From the NCBI GenBank assembly GCA_964621835.1, contig CAZUMA010000002.1, forward strand, positions 28,392 through 92,391: a DNA stretch of 64,000 nucleotides, written 5' to 3'. The notes under the pieces are model-generated. The model did not search any database. It saw only the letters and a list, made by a program, of their open reading frames with translations, and was not told the DNA's origin. This document shows, one piece after another, positions 35,801 to 45,592 of the stretch. The stretch is from an uncultured Anaerolineales bacterium (GTDB lineage: Bacteria; Chloroflexota; Anaerolineae; Anaerolineales; UBA11858). The position numbers and the translations under genes were made by a program. Position 1 is the first letter of the stretch, and each line of letters opens with the position of its first letter.

Positions 35801-37228
35801 ATGTTTGGCGATAAGATTCCGCCAGTTTATAAGGAAATCACCGCAGTCATCGGGGAGCATCCCGCCTACCTGGTTGGGGGGGCAGTGCGGGATCTTCTCC
35901 TGGGCCTGGAAGCCCACGATCTGGATTTTGCCCTGGCACAAGGGACATATGCAGTGGCAAGAAAGGTGGCAGACCACTACGGGGGGGACTTTTATATTCT
36001 GGATCCGGAGCGAGAGGCTGCCAGGGTGATTCTCATGGATCCTGAAAAACAGCGGTGGGTTGTGGATTTTACCCGCTTCCGGGGGAAGACGATTCAAGAC
36101 GACCTCCAGGCCCGCGATTTCACCATCACGGCCATGGGGCTACCGGTTCAGCGTCCGGATCAACTTCTGGATCCCTGTGGGGGGCAGAAGGATCTAGAGG
36201 AAGGGGTCATCCGCAGCTGTGCCAAGGATGCGCTGGCGAACGATCCGCTTCGCGCCCTGCGGGCGGTCAGAATGGCTGCGCAGTTGCGTTTCGAAATTAC
36301 CCCGGAAACCGTGAAACAAATCCGGGCTGTGATCCCGGATTTCAGTCTGATTTCCCCAGAAAGAATGCGGGATGAGCTGTTCAGAATCTTCGAAGGCCCT
36401 CACCAGGCTGCAGCGCTGCGTTCCATGCAGGGTCTTGGGATGGTTCCAGAAATCCTGCCGGAAATCAGGGAGATTCACCCGTACCAGATCAACATGTTTC
36501 GCAAACTAGAAAAGATTACTGGTGTCCTGGATCTGGAATATGATCAAGAAATGGCCGCCAATTGGGATTACCGACTTCTGGCAGACCGATTGGGGCGATT
36601 TCGGAAACCTTTTAATGCTCATCAATCGGAACACCTTGTTCCAGGGAGGAGCCGCCTTCAGTTGATGTTCCTCACCGGGTTATATGTGGAGAGAGCGGAC
36701 GCGAGCCAGGCTCCCAGGAGCGGATCTGCCGAGCAGAGATCCATTGCGGATTCCCTGCAGCTGAGCAATCAAGAAATTGACCACCTTTCCCACATCCTGG
36801 GGTCGGTCAGCGATTTTCGCGCCATGGTGAAAATGGGGGAGATCCCCTTGCGAGAGATTTATCGATATTTCCGGCGCCACGGTGAGGCTGGAATCAGCGG
36901 TGTGTTTCTCGCACTGGCTGGGTTCCTTGCCGACTCAGGGCGTCCGGAAGGTCAGGAACCCTGGGCCCGCCAGCTGGATTCAGCCCGAGTCCTATTGGAA
37001 TCCTGGTGGGAGTTTCGGGAAGAACGGATCTCACCTCCCCGGCTGCTGGACGGCAATGACCTCCAGGCTTTGTTTTCCCTCCCTCCCGGGCCGCAGATTG
37101 GTGACCTGTTGGAAAACATCCGTGAGGCACAGGTGATGGGGATGATCTCCAATCGGGAAGATGCCAGGATGTATGCAGAGCAGATGATAAATGCGGAAGG
37201 GAAGATCAACCATGACAAGGGCCATTGA
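35801..37228 (+). CDS. cca: CCA-adding tRNA nucleotidyltransferase / poly(A) polymerase family protein
   Basis: HPAYLVGGAVRDLLLGLEAHDLDFAL, RDFTITAM. ATG 35801 with GAGAAGGAA upstream. Confidence 0.8.
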   Translation: MFGDKIPPVYKEITAVIGEHPAYLVGGAVRDLLLGLEAHDLDFALAQGTYAVARKVADHYGGDFYILDPEREAARVILMDPEKQRWVVDFTRFRGKTIQDDLQARDFTITAMGLPVQRPDQLLDPCGGQKDLEEGVIRSCAKDALANDPLRALRAVRMAAQLRFEITPETVKQIRAVIPDFSLISPERMRDELFRIFEGPHQAAALRSMQGLGMVPEILPEIREIHPYQINMFRKLEKITGVLDLEYDQEMAANWDYRLLADRLGRFRKPFNAHQSEHLVPGRSRLQLMFLTGLYVERADASQAPRSGSAEQRSIADSLQLSNQEIDHLSHILGSVSDFRAMVKMGEIPLREIYRYFRRHGEAGISGVFLALAGFLADSGRPEGQEPWARQLDSARVLLESWWEFREERISPPRLLDGNDLQALFSLPPGPQIGDLLENIREAQVMGMISNREDARMYAEQMINAEGKINHDKGH

Positions 37229-37919
37229 TCCGGGGATCTTTCAAAGTTTATATGAGGCCTTCTCCTCCCCGATCACCGAGCGGGACTGCGGCTTGATGTG
37301 CGGTCCCCATAATCAGCGGGGTGTACCGTTTTGCTGTGACATCTCTGTCTCAATACCGAGCGCTTATTGTGAAGAGTGGGCTTATCTGCAGGCAAGCACG
37401 GATTTATGGCGGCCCTGGGAGGAGGATTCCCACCTGGAAGGGCAAGAACTTCACCGGCATCTTCAGTCAGGACAGCAGTTGATTGCCTGCCAGGGACATC
37501 TTTTCTGCCAGCGAAACTACCGATCGATTGCCTGCCGGGCATTCCCTTTTTTTCCCTATTTCAGCAGCCAGAAGGTTTTTCTAGGAATGTCTTATTACCG
37601 GGAATACCGGGACAGATGCTGGGTACTCAGCCATCTCGAGGAGGTTAAGCGAGCCTACATTGACCAGTTTATGACGGTTTTTCAGGCACTTTTTGATCTA
37701 TACCCCCGATCTGAGGGGGAATACCAGGGTTTTTCTATCTGGGTTAGAAATCAAGCCCTCCAGGAAGAGGATCAATTGACGCTGCTGACCCCCCACCGGG
37801 AGGCTGTACTTATCGATCCCCAAACGGAAGCAATGCAGCCAGTAAACGTCAGGGACTTACCAGCTTTTGGCCCTTATGATATCATTCGCAAGATGCCCTT
37901 TCCGGGCGAACTGAAATGA
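37212..37919 (+). CDS. YkgJ/UPF0153-like cysteine-cluster protein
   Basis: CGLMCGPHNQRGVPFCC and CQGHLFCQRNYRSIACRAFPFFPYF resemble the CxxCxxCC family. ATG 37212 overlaps the cca end by 17 nt. Confidence 0.6.
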   Translation: MTRAIDPGIFQSLYEAFSSPITERDCGLMCGPHNQRGVPFCCDISVSIPSAYCEEWAYLQASTDLWRPWEEDSHLEGQELHRHLQSGQQLIACQGHLFCQRNYRSIACRAFPFFPYFSSQKVFLGMSYYREYRDRCWVLSHLEEVKRAYIDQFMTVFQALFDLYPRSEGEYQGFSIWVRNQALQEEDQLTLLTPHREAVLIDPQTEAMQPVNVRDLPAFGPYDIIRKMPFPGELK

Positions 37920-37941
37920 CCGCTTCTATCAGCGCTGGTAT

Positions 37942-39738
37942 GTGAAACCCATGAACAATCCTGCTATCGAGAGCTCTGAGTTCACCTTACCGAAAAAACA
38001 ACAGGTTTCTGAAAAAGTTCTCAAAGCCCGTTCCAGTGCATTGAAATGGATCGTTGTCCATTTCATGCAATACTGGTATCTGGGGTTAAGCATGGTCATC
38101 GGGGCGGTTGGCAATGCCGGGCTGGCAGCTGTTGTGCCTATCATTGTCGGGCAGACCCTGGATGCGTTGTTGATGGAACCTCCGCTTAAGGACAGCTTAT
38201 CTCGCTTTGCGCTGCTGATTGCTGGAACACAGCTTTTGCGCGGGGTTCTGCAGTTTGGGCGGAATTTCAGTGCGGAATTGATTGGACAGCGCCTGGAGAG
38301 GGACATCCGCCATGAGTTTTATACCAGTCTCCTGGGGAAGAGCATGACATACCACAGTCTGCTGCCGGTGGGAGATGTCATGGCCAGAGCGACCAATGAT
38401 GTCCGAGAGATCAATTTTATGTTCAGCCCGGGGATTAACCTGGTGATAGGGTCGGGGATTTTCATTTTCATGCCCATCGTGCTTGCTGGCCGGTATCATC
38501 CCGCGCTGATCCTCGCACCGCTGATCTATCTGATCCTCTATATCCTGGCATTGTGGCAGTACCTGGCAGAATTGCAGCCCATCACCCTGTCCGTCCGGCG
38601 GGCCTTTGGCACCTTAAATACCCGTCTGGCGGAGGCTGTGGATGGTATTGAAACGGTTAAAGGGATGGCAGAGGAGCAGAGCGAGGTTAGCTTATTCCGT
38701 GAAAATGCCCGTCGATTCCGGGACCGCGAGATCCATCAGGGAGATGTTGAGGCTCGTTTTTTGCCGCTGCTGCTGATGGGCCTGGTGCAGGCGGGGGGTC
38801 TTTTCCATGCGGTGCTCCTTTTCCGGCGTGGAGCGCTTGCGGTGGGGGATATTGTCGGATACTTCGGGTTGCTTTTGCTGTTCGGTTTTCCAACTTTTGT
38901 GTCCTTATTTGCCTACTCCCAGGTTTCCCTTGGGATTGCTGGTGCCAATCGGATCCTGGAATTGATCAACCGGGAAACCGAGCTGGATCAGAATGAAAGT
39001 GGGTATGCTGAGACAATGACTGGAGAGATTAGATTTCACAACGTTTCCTATCGGTACCCGGACAGTGAACTATCACTGCGGGATTTGAATTTTAAAATCA
39101 AACCTGGACAGACTGTCGCCATTGTCGGGCAGACTGGTTCAGGGAAGACCACCCTGTCCAAATTGGTTAACCGCACGTATGATGTCACTCGGGGATCGAT
39201 ATTCATTGATGGAAAGGATGTCAGGGAGTGGAATCTGGCTGTGCTTCGGAAACAGATCTCGATTATTGAGCAGGACATCTTTTTATTCTCAGATTCTATT
39301 GCGGAAAATATCGCTTTTGGCAAGCCCGATGCGAGCCAACAAGAAATCGAGCAGGCGGCCAAATCTGCCCAGGCTCATCAGTTTATCAAGGGTTTTCAAG
39401 ATGGCTATGACACAGTCCTTGGGGAGCGGGGTGTCACCCTCTCGGGAGGCCAGCGACAGCGGCTGGCCCTGGCCAGGGCGTTCCTGACCGATCCGAAAAT
39501 ATTGATCCTGGATGACTCGACAAGTTCAATTGACAGTGAAACGGAAGATCAAATTCAAAAAGCGATTTTCGCCGCTGCCCGGGGCAGGACAACTTTAATT
39601 ATCACCCATCGTCTATCCCAAATCAGATGGGCAGATTTAATCCTGGTTCTGCGGAAAGGACAATTAATCGCCTCTGGTACGCATGAGGAATTACTGGCAT
39701 CTTCCCAGGAATACAGGCAGATTTTCAAGGAACAGTAA
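37942..39738 (+). CDS. ABC exporter, fused permease/ATPase (heterodimer partner 1)
   Basis: Six-TM domain. Walker A GQTGSGKTT, signature LSGGQRQRL, Walker B ILILDD. GTG 37942 or ATG 37951. Confidence 0.9.
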   Translation: MKPMNNPAIESSEFTLPKKQQVSEKVLKARSSALKWIVVHFMQYWYLGLSMVIGAVGNAGLAAVVPIIVGQTLDALLMEPPLKDSLSRFALLIAGTQLLRGVLQFGRNFSAELIGQRLERDIRHEFYTSLLGKSMTYHSLLPVGDVMARATNDVREINFMFSPGINLVIGSGIFIFMPIVLAGRYHPALILAPLIYLILYILALWQYLAELQPITLSVRRAFGTLNTRLAEAVDGIETVKGMAEEQSEVSLFRENARRFRDREIHQGDVEARFLPLLLMGLVQAGGLFHAVLLFRRGALAVGDIVGYFGLLLLFGFPTFVSLFAYSQVSLGIAGANRILELINRETELDQNESGYAETMTGEIRFHNVSYRYPDSELSLRDLNFKIKPGQTVAIVGQTGSGKTTLSKLVNRTYDVTRGSIFIDGKDVREWNLAVLRKQISIIEQDIFLFSDSIAENIAFGKPDASQQEIEQAAKSAQAHQFIKGFQDGYDTVLGERGVTLSGGQRQRLALARAFLTDPKILILDDSTSSIDSETEDQIQKAIFAAARGRTTLIITHRLSQIRWADLILVLRKGQLIASGTHEELLASSQEYRQIFKEQ

Positions 39739-39785
39739 ACGCCTGGGAGATCGATTTTTGGATTGATCTCAAAAAGGAAAGGGTA

Positions 39786-41603
39786 ATGGGCTTTTTCTCA
39801 GGGTTGGAGACTGAGGCTTATGATCGGGAATACAGCGATCGGGAGCTGATTCGGCGGATTGGGCGTTATTTGGCCCCCCACCGTATCCGGCTGATTTGGA
39901 TTGCTGTCCTCCTGATTGTGGTGGCAGCCTCAGGGGCCTCACTGCCCCTGCTGGTCTCCAATGGGATCGATCGCCTTTCCAGTCAACCTGAGGATAAGAC
40001 GGTGTTTTTGTTGGTCGGGTTGGTCCTGCTCAGCGGGATCATCAACTGGGGTGGAAATTGGATCCGCCGCCGCCTGACTGTGCGCACGATCACAGATGTG
40101 GTCCTGACCCTGCGCACGGATGCATTTGATTCTGCTGCCAATCACGATCTTTCTTTTTATGATCGGTTTTCTTCGGGAAGGGTGGTTTCCAGGATTACTT
40201 CCGATACCCGGGAGTATGGACGGCTTGTTGTGCTGGTCACCGATCTCATCTCTCAGCTTGTTGAGGTGGTCATCTTGGGGGTGGTCCTGGCTCAAATCCA
40301 GCTGCGTTTGTTCTTATATGTTGTTGGTTTTATGCCCCTGCTTTTTCTCCTGGCCCTGGGTTTTCGAAGGATTGCCCGCAGGGTCACCCGGGAAGGGATG
40401 CGGGCGATGGCTCAGGTGAATGCGACTATTAAAGAAACAGTCAGCGGGATCGCAGTTGCTAAAAACTTTCGGCAGGAAGCGACGATCTTTAACCAGTTTA
40501 ATGATGCAAACCAGGTTTCCTATGAGATGAATGTCCAGCGCGGCCTGGCCTTATCCGTCATTTTCCCCCTGCTGAATGCGCTGGCAGGAATTGGAACAGC
40601 GATCCTTGTTTATGTGGGTGGGATGGATGTGGTTGAGGGAATTGTGACGATTGGCGCCTGGTATTTATTTCTGATTAGTTTGGATCGCTTCTTTTTTCCA
40701 GTACTGAATCTGTCCGCATTCTGGGCCCAGGTGCAGACAGGTTTATCCGCATCTGAACGGGTGTTTGCCCTCATCGATGCCGAACCCGCGGTGGTTCAGC
40801 GGAAAACCATTCCGCCGCACCGCTTATCCGGGGAAATCCGGTTCGAAGATCTAAATTTTCAGTATACGGATGGGGAATGGATCTTCCGCGATTTCAATGT
40901 CCATATCCAGCCAGGAGAAAATGTTGCCCTGGTGGGACACACGGGAGCCGGGAAGTCATCAATAGCAAAATTGATCGCCCGGTTTTATGAATTTCAATCC
41001 GGCGAGATCTATCTGGATGAGTACAACATTCGCGACCTGGATTTAATTGCCTACCGGAAACAACTCGGGATTATTTCCCAGATTCCTTTTCTTTTCTCGG
41101 GAACGGTTGCGGAGAACATTCAATATGCCTGCGGAGGCTGTGAGGTGGGTGTGATGCGGGATCTCGCCCGCGAAATTGGAAATGGTGAGTGGTTGGAAAC
41201 CCTGCCAGATGGCCTGCAAACTGAAGTAGGGGAGCGGGGCGGGCAGCTGTCCATGGGGCAGAGACAGCTGGTTGCTTTACTTAGGGTGATGATACAGCGT
41301 CCAGCGATTTTTATCCTTGATGAAGCCACAGCAAGTGTGGATCCTTTTACTGAAAATCAGATCCAGCAGGCGTTGGATCTGGTTCTCAACGACAGCACCA
41401 GCATCTTAATTGCTCATCGCCTCTCCACTGTTAAATCAGCCGATCGGATCCTTGTTCTGGAGGAAGGGAGGATCATTGAGGAGGGGACACATCAGCAGTT
41501 GATTGAAAGCAGTGGGCATTATGCTAATCTCTACAATACCTATTTCCGCCACCAGAGCCTGGCTTATGTAGAAGAGACAGGGAAACTGCAGGCAGGTTCC
41601 TGA
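39786..41603 (+). CDS. ABC exporter, fused permease/ATPase (heterodimer partner 2)
   Basis: Walker A GHTGAGKSS, degenerate signature LSMGQRQL, Walker B IFILDEAT. Confidence 0.9.
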   Translation: MGFFSGLETEAYDREYSDRELIRRIGRYLAPHRIRLIWIAVLLIVVAASGASLPLLVSNGIDRLSSQPEDKTVFLLVGLVLLSGIINWGGNWIRRRLTVRTITDVVLTLRTDAFDSAANHDLSFYDRFSSGRVVSRITSDTREYGRLVVLVTDLISQLVEVVILGVVLAQIQLRLFLYVVGFMPLLFLLALGFRRIARRVTREGMRAMAQVNATIKETVSGIAVAKNFRQEATIFNQFNDANQVSYEMNVQRGLALSVIFPLLNALAGIGTAILVYVGGMDVVEGIVTIGAWYLFLISLDRFFFPVLNLSAFWAQVQTGLSASERVFALIDAEPAVVQRKTIPPHRLSGEIRFEDLNFQYTDGEWIFRDFNVHIQPGENVALVGHTGAGKSSIAKLIARFYEFQSGEIYLDEYNIRDLDLIAYRKQLGIISQIPFLFSGTVAENIQYACGGCEVGVMRDLAREIGNGEWLETLPDGLQTEVGERGGQLSMGQRQLVALLRVMIQRPAIFILDEATASVDPFTENQIQQALDLVLNDSTSILIAHRLSTVKSADRILVLEEGRIIEEGTHQQLIESSGHYANLYNTYFRHQSLAYVEETGKLQAGS

Positions 41604-41710
41604 ACAAGCCGCTGCACACCCGCTGGCCAGCACGTCCCAGTGCAGAGAGCGGTCAGCCTTCCCATGCTCCGAAATTTCCCCTGTTGATGAGAAAAACCAT
41701 TATCTCAACG

Positions 41711-42571
41711 TTAATCATTCCCGGACATGCCAGCCTGAAGTTGATGATACTGACGCGTCAGCTGGATCCACTCTGCCAGGGTCAGGGATTGCGCTCTCTG
41801 GCGTGGATCAATATGCGCCGAAGCGAGGAGGGAATCGACAGCTGATTTCGTCCAGCCCAGTCCTGCCTGGAGTGAATTTCTGAGGGTCTTGCGCTTATGT
41901 AAAAATCCAGCCTTGATAAGGGTGAAATACTTCCTCTGAAGAGGTGCAGCAAGGACTGCCTGAGAATACAGGTCAATGCGAATGACTGCTGAGTCAACCT
42001 TGGGGGGAGGATGAAATGAGCGGGCGGGGATCTTCCCGGTCAAGTAGGGCTCCCCGAAAATCAGGACGCTGAGCGCCAGCACACTTAGATCTCCCGCCGT
42101 GGCACAAATACGCTGGGCGACCTCCTCCTGCACAGTCAAAACCATTCTGTCTGGTTTCTTCTGTGACTCCAAAAGATGGCGGATGATTGCTGAGGTGATG
42201 TAATAAGGGATATTTGCCACCACAACATAGGCTTCTTTTAAAATCAGATCGCCCGGGTCGATCTGCAGGATATCCCCCTGGATCACACGGACATTATCAA
42301 AAGGGGCTGTAACTTCCTGAAGAGGCGGGATCAGACGCGGATCCAGCTCCACAGCGATCACATGCTCAGCAGACACAGCCAGAAAACGGGTGAGATGGCC
42401 AATCCCAGCCCCAATCTCCAGCACGGTATCCTTTTTGCTGAGATCAGCAGCTTCCGTGATTCGCGCTAAGGCCTCGGGATCAACCAGAAAGTTCTGTCCC
42501 AGGCTCTTATCCGGTTTGAGATGATACTTTTGCATCAGCGCTGAGATTTTAATCGGAGGGATATCAGCCAT
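41711..42571 (-). CDS. rsmA: 16S rRNA (adenine1518/1519-N6)-dimethyltransferase
   Basis: MADIPPIKISALMQKYHLKPDKSLGQNFLVD, VLEIGAGIGHLT. ATG 42571. The ORF-track extension to 42886 overlaps the divergent gene. Confidence 0.9.
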   Translation of the reverse strand: MADIPPIKISALMQKYHLKPDKSLGQNFLVDPEALARITEAADLSKKDTVLEIGAGIGHLTRFLAVSAEHVIAVELDPRLIPPLQEVTAPFDNVRVIQGDILQIDPGDLILKEAYVVVANIPYYITSAIIRHLLESQKKPDRMVLTVQEEVAQRICATAGDLSVLALSVLIFGEPYLTGKIPARSFHPPPKVDSAVIRIDLYSQAVLAAPLQRKYFTLIKAGFLHKRKTLRNSLQAGLGWTKSAVDSLLASAHIDPRQRAQSLTLAEWIQLTRQYHQLQAGMSGND

Positions 42572-42683
42572 CGCAGGACCTTTCTCTTTACTCACAACAG
42601 GGTCATTATAACACCGCCAACAGGAGGGGTCTGACCCCTGCGCTTTGAGCGATCTGTGATAAGATGGGGGTGTTAATCTGATT

Positions 42684-43940
42684 GTGAAAAAACTTGAGGG
42701 AAAAATGAGGCAGAAACAATCCCCCCCTGAACCCATTTTCAGCACCAAAGAAGGATCCTGGGCCCATTCTACTGTAGCGGTGCGACTTCCAGAGATCCTG
42801 GATCGGGTTGTGGCGGAAAATGAGTACCCAACCAGGATTCGGGAAAACTTATTGACGCTCAAGGGGGAGATCCCTGAAGGGCCCATTCACCATCTTCGGG
42901 ATGATTCCGGCCCGGATCTTGAAAGCTGGAGGAAGTACATCAGCCCCTGGGTGGGGAAAGATTGGTTGAACGTACCCTGGTTTTTTGTGGAGCACTATTT
43001 TTACAGGCGGATTCTCAGCGCGGTAGATTACTTTCAAACCGGCCAGGATCCTTTTCTTCATCAAAAACAGCAGGGGTTCTGGCAATCCCAGGAAGCAATC
43101 CGGGCTTATGGCAAGACGTTAGACCACTGGTCCCGGACAGATGTATCCGGGCCCCGCATGCTTCGGGAAGGAATCCTGCGGTCATTGTGGGGTAATCAGG
43201 CAGATCTCAGCCTCTGGCCTGCAGGCAGTGAGAAATCCCCCGATCATCAAGACCTGCAGGCCTTGAAGTCTCATCTGCTGGCGGATCAAAGTGCTGAGAT
43301 CATCCGCCTGCTCAGCCGCAGAAGCGCAGCAAGTAACAGGCTGGCGCTGCTGCTGGACAATGCTGGGATGGAGCTGGTCAGTGATCTTGCCCTGGTGGAT
43401 ATTCTCCTCGGTCAGAGGCTGGCTGATCATATTTCATTATGGGTCAAAGCGCACCCAACGTTTGTCTCCGATGTCATCTCCGCTGATGTCACCTGGATGA
43501 TCAAGGCGCTTCAAGAATCAGCTGCGGAGCCCACCAAAAAGTTGGGCGAGCGTTTAGCTGGGTATCTTCAGGAAGGCCTTTTAACCATCCAGGATCATTT
43601 CTTCTGGAATTCGCCCCTGGCGATGTGGGACCTCCCCGGGGACCTGCTCAGGGAATTATCCCAGCTTACCTTGCTGATCAGTAAAGGGGATGCCAACTAC
43701 CGACGTTTGCTGGGGGACCGTCAGTGGGATATTACCGAGCATTTTGCTGATGTGGTGGATTACTGCCCGGTTCCCCTGGCTGCCTTGAGGGCATTAAAGG
43801 CGGAGCTGGTGATTGGTCTTTCCCTGGATGAGGTGGTTCAGATCCACAATCAGGATCCACGCTGGATGGTCAATGGCAAATGGGCTGTGATCCATTACGC
43901 CCCGGGGAGTGGAACCCGGGCTAGTAGAGAATATACATGA
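42684..43940 (+). CDS. DUF89 / ARMT1-like damage-control phosphatase family protein
   Basis: LLDNAGMELVSDLALVD and LISKGDANYRRLLGD. GTG 42684 or ATG 42705. Confidence 0.75.
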   Translation: MKKLEGKMRQKQSPPEPIFSTKEGSWAHSTVAVRLPEILDRVVAENEYPTRIRENLLTLKGEIPEGPIHHLRDDSGPDLESWRKYISPWVGKDWLNVPWFFVEHYFYRRILSAVDYFQTGQDPFLHQKQQGFWQSQEAIRAYGKTLDHWSRTDVSGPRMLREGILRSLWGNQADLSLWPAGSEKSPDHQDLQALKSHLLADQSAEIIRLLSRRSAASNRLALLLDNAGMELVSDLALVDILLGQRLADHISLWVKAHPTFVSDVISADVTWMIKALQESAAEPTKKLGERLAGYLQEGLLTIQDHFFWNSPLAMWDLPGDLLRELSQLTLLISKGDANYRRLLGDRQWDITEHFADVVDYCPVPLAALRALKAELVIGLSLDEVVQIHNQDPRWMVNGKWAVIHYAPGSGTRASREYT

Positions 43941-45324
43941 TGTTTTCCGGGGGGGGAGCGGGGGCTAAAAAATACACTTCCACGTTCTGGCTCCAGGGGA
44001 CGTAATTTTCTACCTCATAACCCAAATCGACCCAGTTTTTTCCCGGTATCCCGCCGCCGACATCTTCAATTGTCCCAAAGCCGTACCCGGGAATATATAT
44101 TTTCGCGCCTTTCATATACCGGTACCATTCCAGGGTGACGGCAACGGTCCCTTTTTTGAGGCGGGTGCCGCTGGCAGTCCAATTGTCACATCCGGGACAA
44201 TTCTTATTATATGAGGTCGCATATGCCGTGATCTTCCGCCAGTATTTGATCTGCCCGTCTGGCGTGTTAGCAGTTTGGATATTAATTTGTGTGCCGTATC
44301 CGATCACCCGTGGTTGGGGAGCTTTGACGACCCATTCCTTTTCGACTTCGCGGTTAATTTCCGAGCCGTTTTCCGAGATTACCCGGACCCGCTGGGCTTT
44401 TAACCCGTATTCACCGCCTTTGAGAATCTGCACTTGATCCAGGTCCAGTTCATCGGTTGCTTGATACTCAGTCGTGAACTCAATCGGTTCCTGGTTGAGG
44501 ATGAAACTCTCAGCAACCCGGATGATCCGCACTGGTTCATCCTCGGGGAGAGGTGATTCCTCCGCAGGGATGCTGTAATCTAAACCCTGCAGGGGAAGCG
44601 CTGCATCTGCCAGGGCGGCTCCAACTGTTTTCGAGGCGGAACGGATGGTGAGGGTTTTATCTGGAAGGGCGATCTGGATGGGTCTGGAAACCCGCATGGA
44701 AACTTCAATTGGTTTCCCAGCCAAGGGGGTAGCCGGGGAGGGACTGATCTGATCTCCTTCGTAGAGGGGAATGTTTTGCTCATGAAGCGCCCCGGCGATT
44801 GTGGCAGCGCCGGAATAAAACTCCATCACCCGGGTTCCTGTGTCAAGCTCGATCAACGTGGCAGGCTGGACCTGAAGCGTATGGGAGTGTCCTGCAGCCA
44901 GGGCTTGATCTGGCGCTGTCGGTCTGCCATTTACGAATACTTGATCCCCGGGATACAGCGGGAGCTCAGCCTCGAGGAGGATATTTCCGGGCAGCTTTTC
45001 AGCGGTGACCAGTGAAAAAACCTCCTCTCTAGAGAAAAGAGTAATTTGTGAGGCACGTCTGAGGTAGATGGTTTCCCCTCCCCAGATTAATTTTCCTTTT
45101 CGGTGGGAGAGTTGATCCTGCTCAGCGAGGTCTACATCCTGGCTCTGCAGGAAACCACCCACGGTCAGTGCCCAGGTGGAGATTTTTTGCTGGTTTCCAT
45201 TCATGACCAGGGTGACTGTTTTATGAATCGCCAGCAGGGAAAATAAAACCCCCATCACGACCAGAACAGCGGCTGCTATCAGCAGGGTTCTTTTTGAGAG
45301 AGAGGCTAGGGGTGATTTCAGCAT
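43921..45324 (-). CDS. YabE-like cell-wall protein (DUF348 repeats, G5, C-terminal 3D domain)
   Basis: N-terminal TM, repeated DUF348-like units, G5-like VQILKGGEYGLKAQRVRV, and 3D-like TAYATSYN...TASGTRLKKGTVAV...GYGFGTIEDVGGGI. Confidence 0.85.
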   Translation of the reverse strand: MLKSPLASLSKRTLLIAAAVLVVMGVLFSLLAIHKTVTLVMNGNQQKISTWALTVGGFLQSQDVDLAEQDQLSHRKGKLIWGGETIYLRRASQITLFSREEVFSLVTAEKLPGNILLEAELPLYPGDQVFVNGRPTAPDQALAAGHSHTLQVQPATLIELDTGTRVMEFYSGAATIAGALHEQNIPLYEGDQISPSPATPLAGKPIEVSMRVSRPIQIALPDKTLTIRSASKTVGAALADAALPLQGLDYSIPAEESPLPEDEPVRIIRVAESFILNQEPIEFTTEYQATDELDLDQVQILKGGEYGLKAQRVRVISENGSEINREVEKEWVVKAPQPRVIGYGTQINIQTANTPDGQIKYWRKITAYATSYNKNCPGCDNWTASGTRLKKGTVAVTLEWYRYMKGAKIYIPGYGFGTIEDVGGGIPGKNWVDLGYEVENYVPWSQNVEVYFLAPAPPPENIMYILY

Positions 45325-45360
45325 GATCGGTGATAGTGAGTGGTCATTGGCCTGGGATCA

Positions 45361-45478
45361 AAAAAGATAAGCTCCGGGCAGGCACACCGGCGACACCCAG
45401 AGGATCCTCCTTAGTGCTGCTTCCTTTCGGACCTGACACGGTTCGCAGGGCTCTGCCGCGCCGGACCCGCCCGAAGCT
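45361..45478 (-). ncRNA. ffs: Signal recognition particle RNA, small (4.5S) type
   Basis: Minus-strand GTCAGGTCCGAAAGGAAGCAGCAC (plus 45413-45440 region) is the conserved domain IV. Long flanking helix GAGCTTCGGGCGGG.../...CCTGCCCGGAGCTT, then a T-run. Confidence 0.85.
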
Positions 45479-45484
45479 CGGGGG

Positions 45485-45513
45485 CATGATACCGCAGCTG
45501 CCTGACGGTGTCA
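45485..45513 (-). promoter_or_regulatory. Promoter of ffs (TTGACA-17-TATCAT)
   Basis: -35 is the reverse complement of 45508-45513 and -10 is the reverse complement of 45485-45490. The predicted TSS at about 45478 matches the base of the SRP helix. Confidence 0.7.
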
Positions 45514-45592
45514 ACAGCTGGGAAACCGGTACCAGGGGGGGAGTTCCTGGTCGGAAAAACCAGGAAAATCCCCTTTCAAAAAAAAACAAATC

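Noticed and set aside
42572-42886. ORF-track extension of rsmA to 42886.
   Set aside because: The extension overlaps the divergent DUF89 gene start and has no RsmA-like sequence. The conserved N-terminus begins at ATG 42571.
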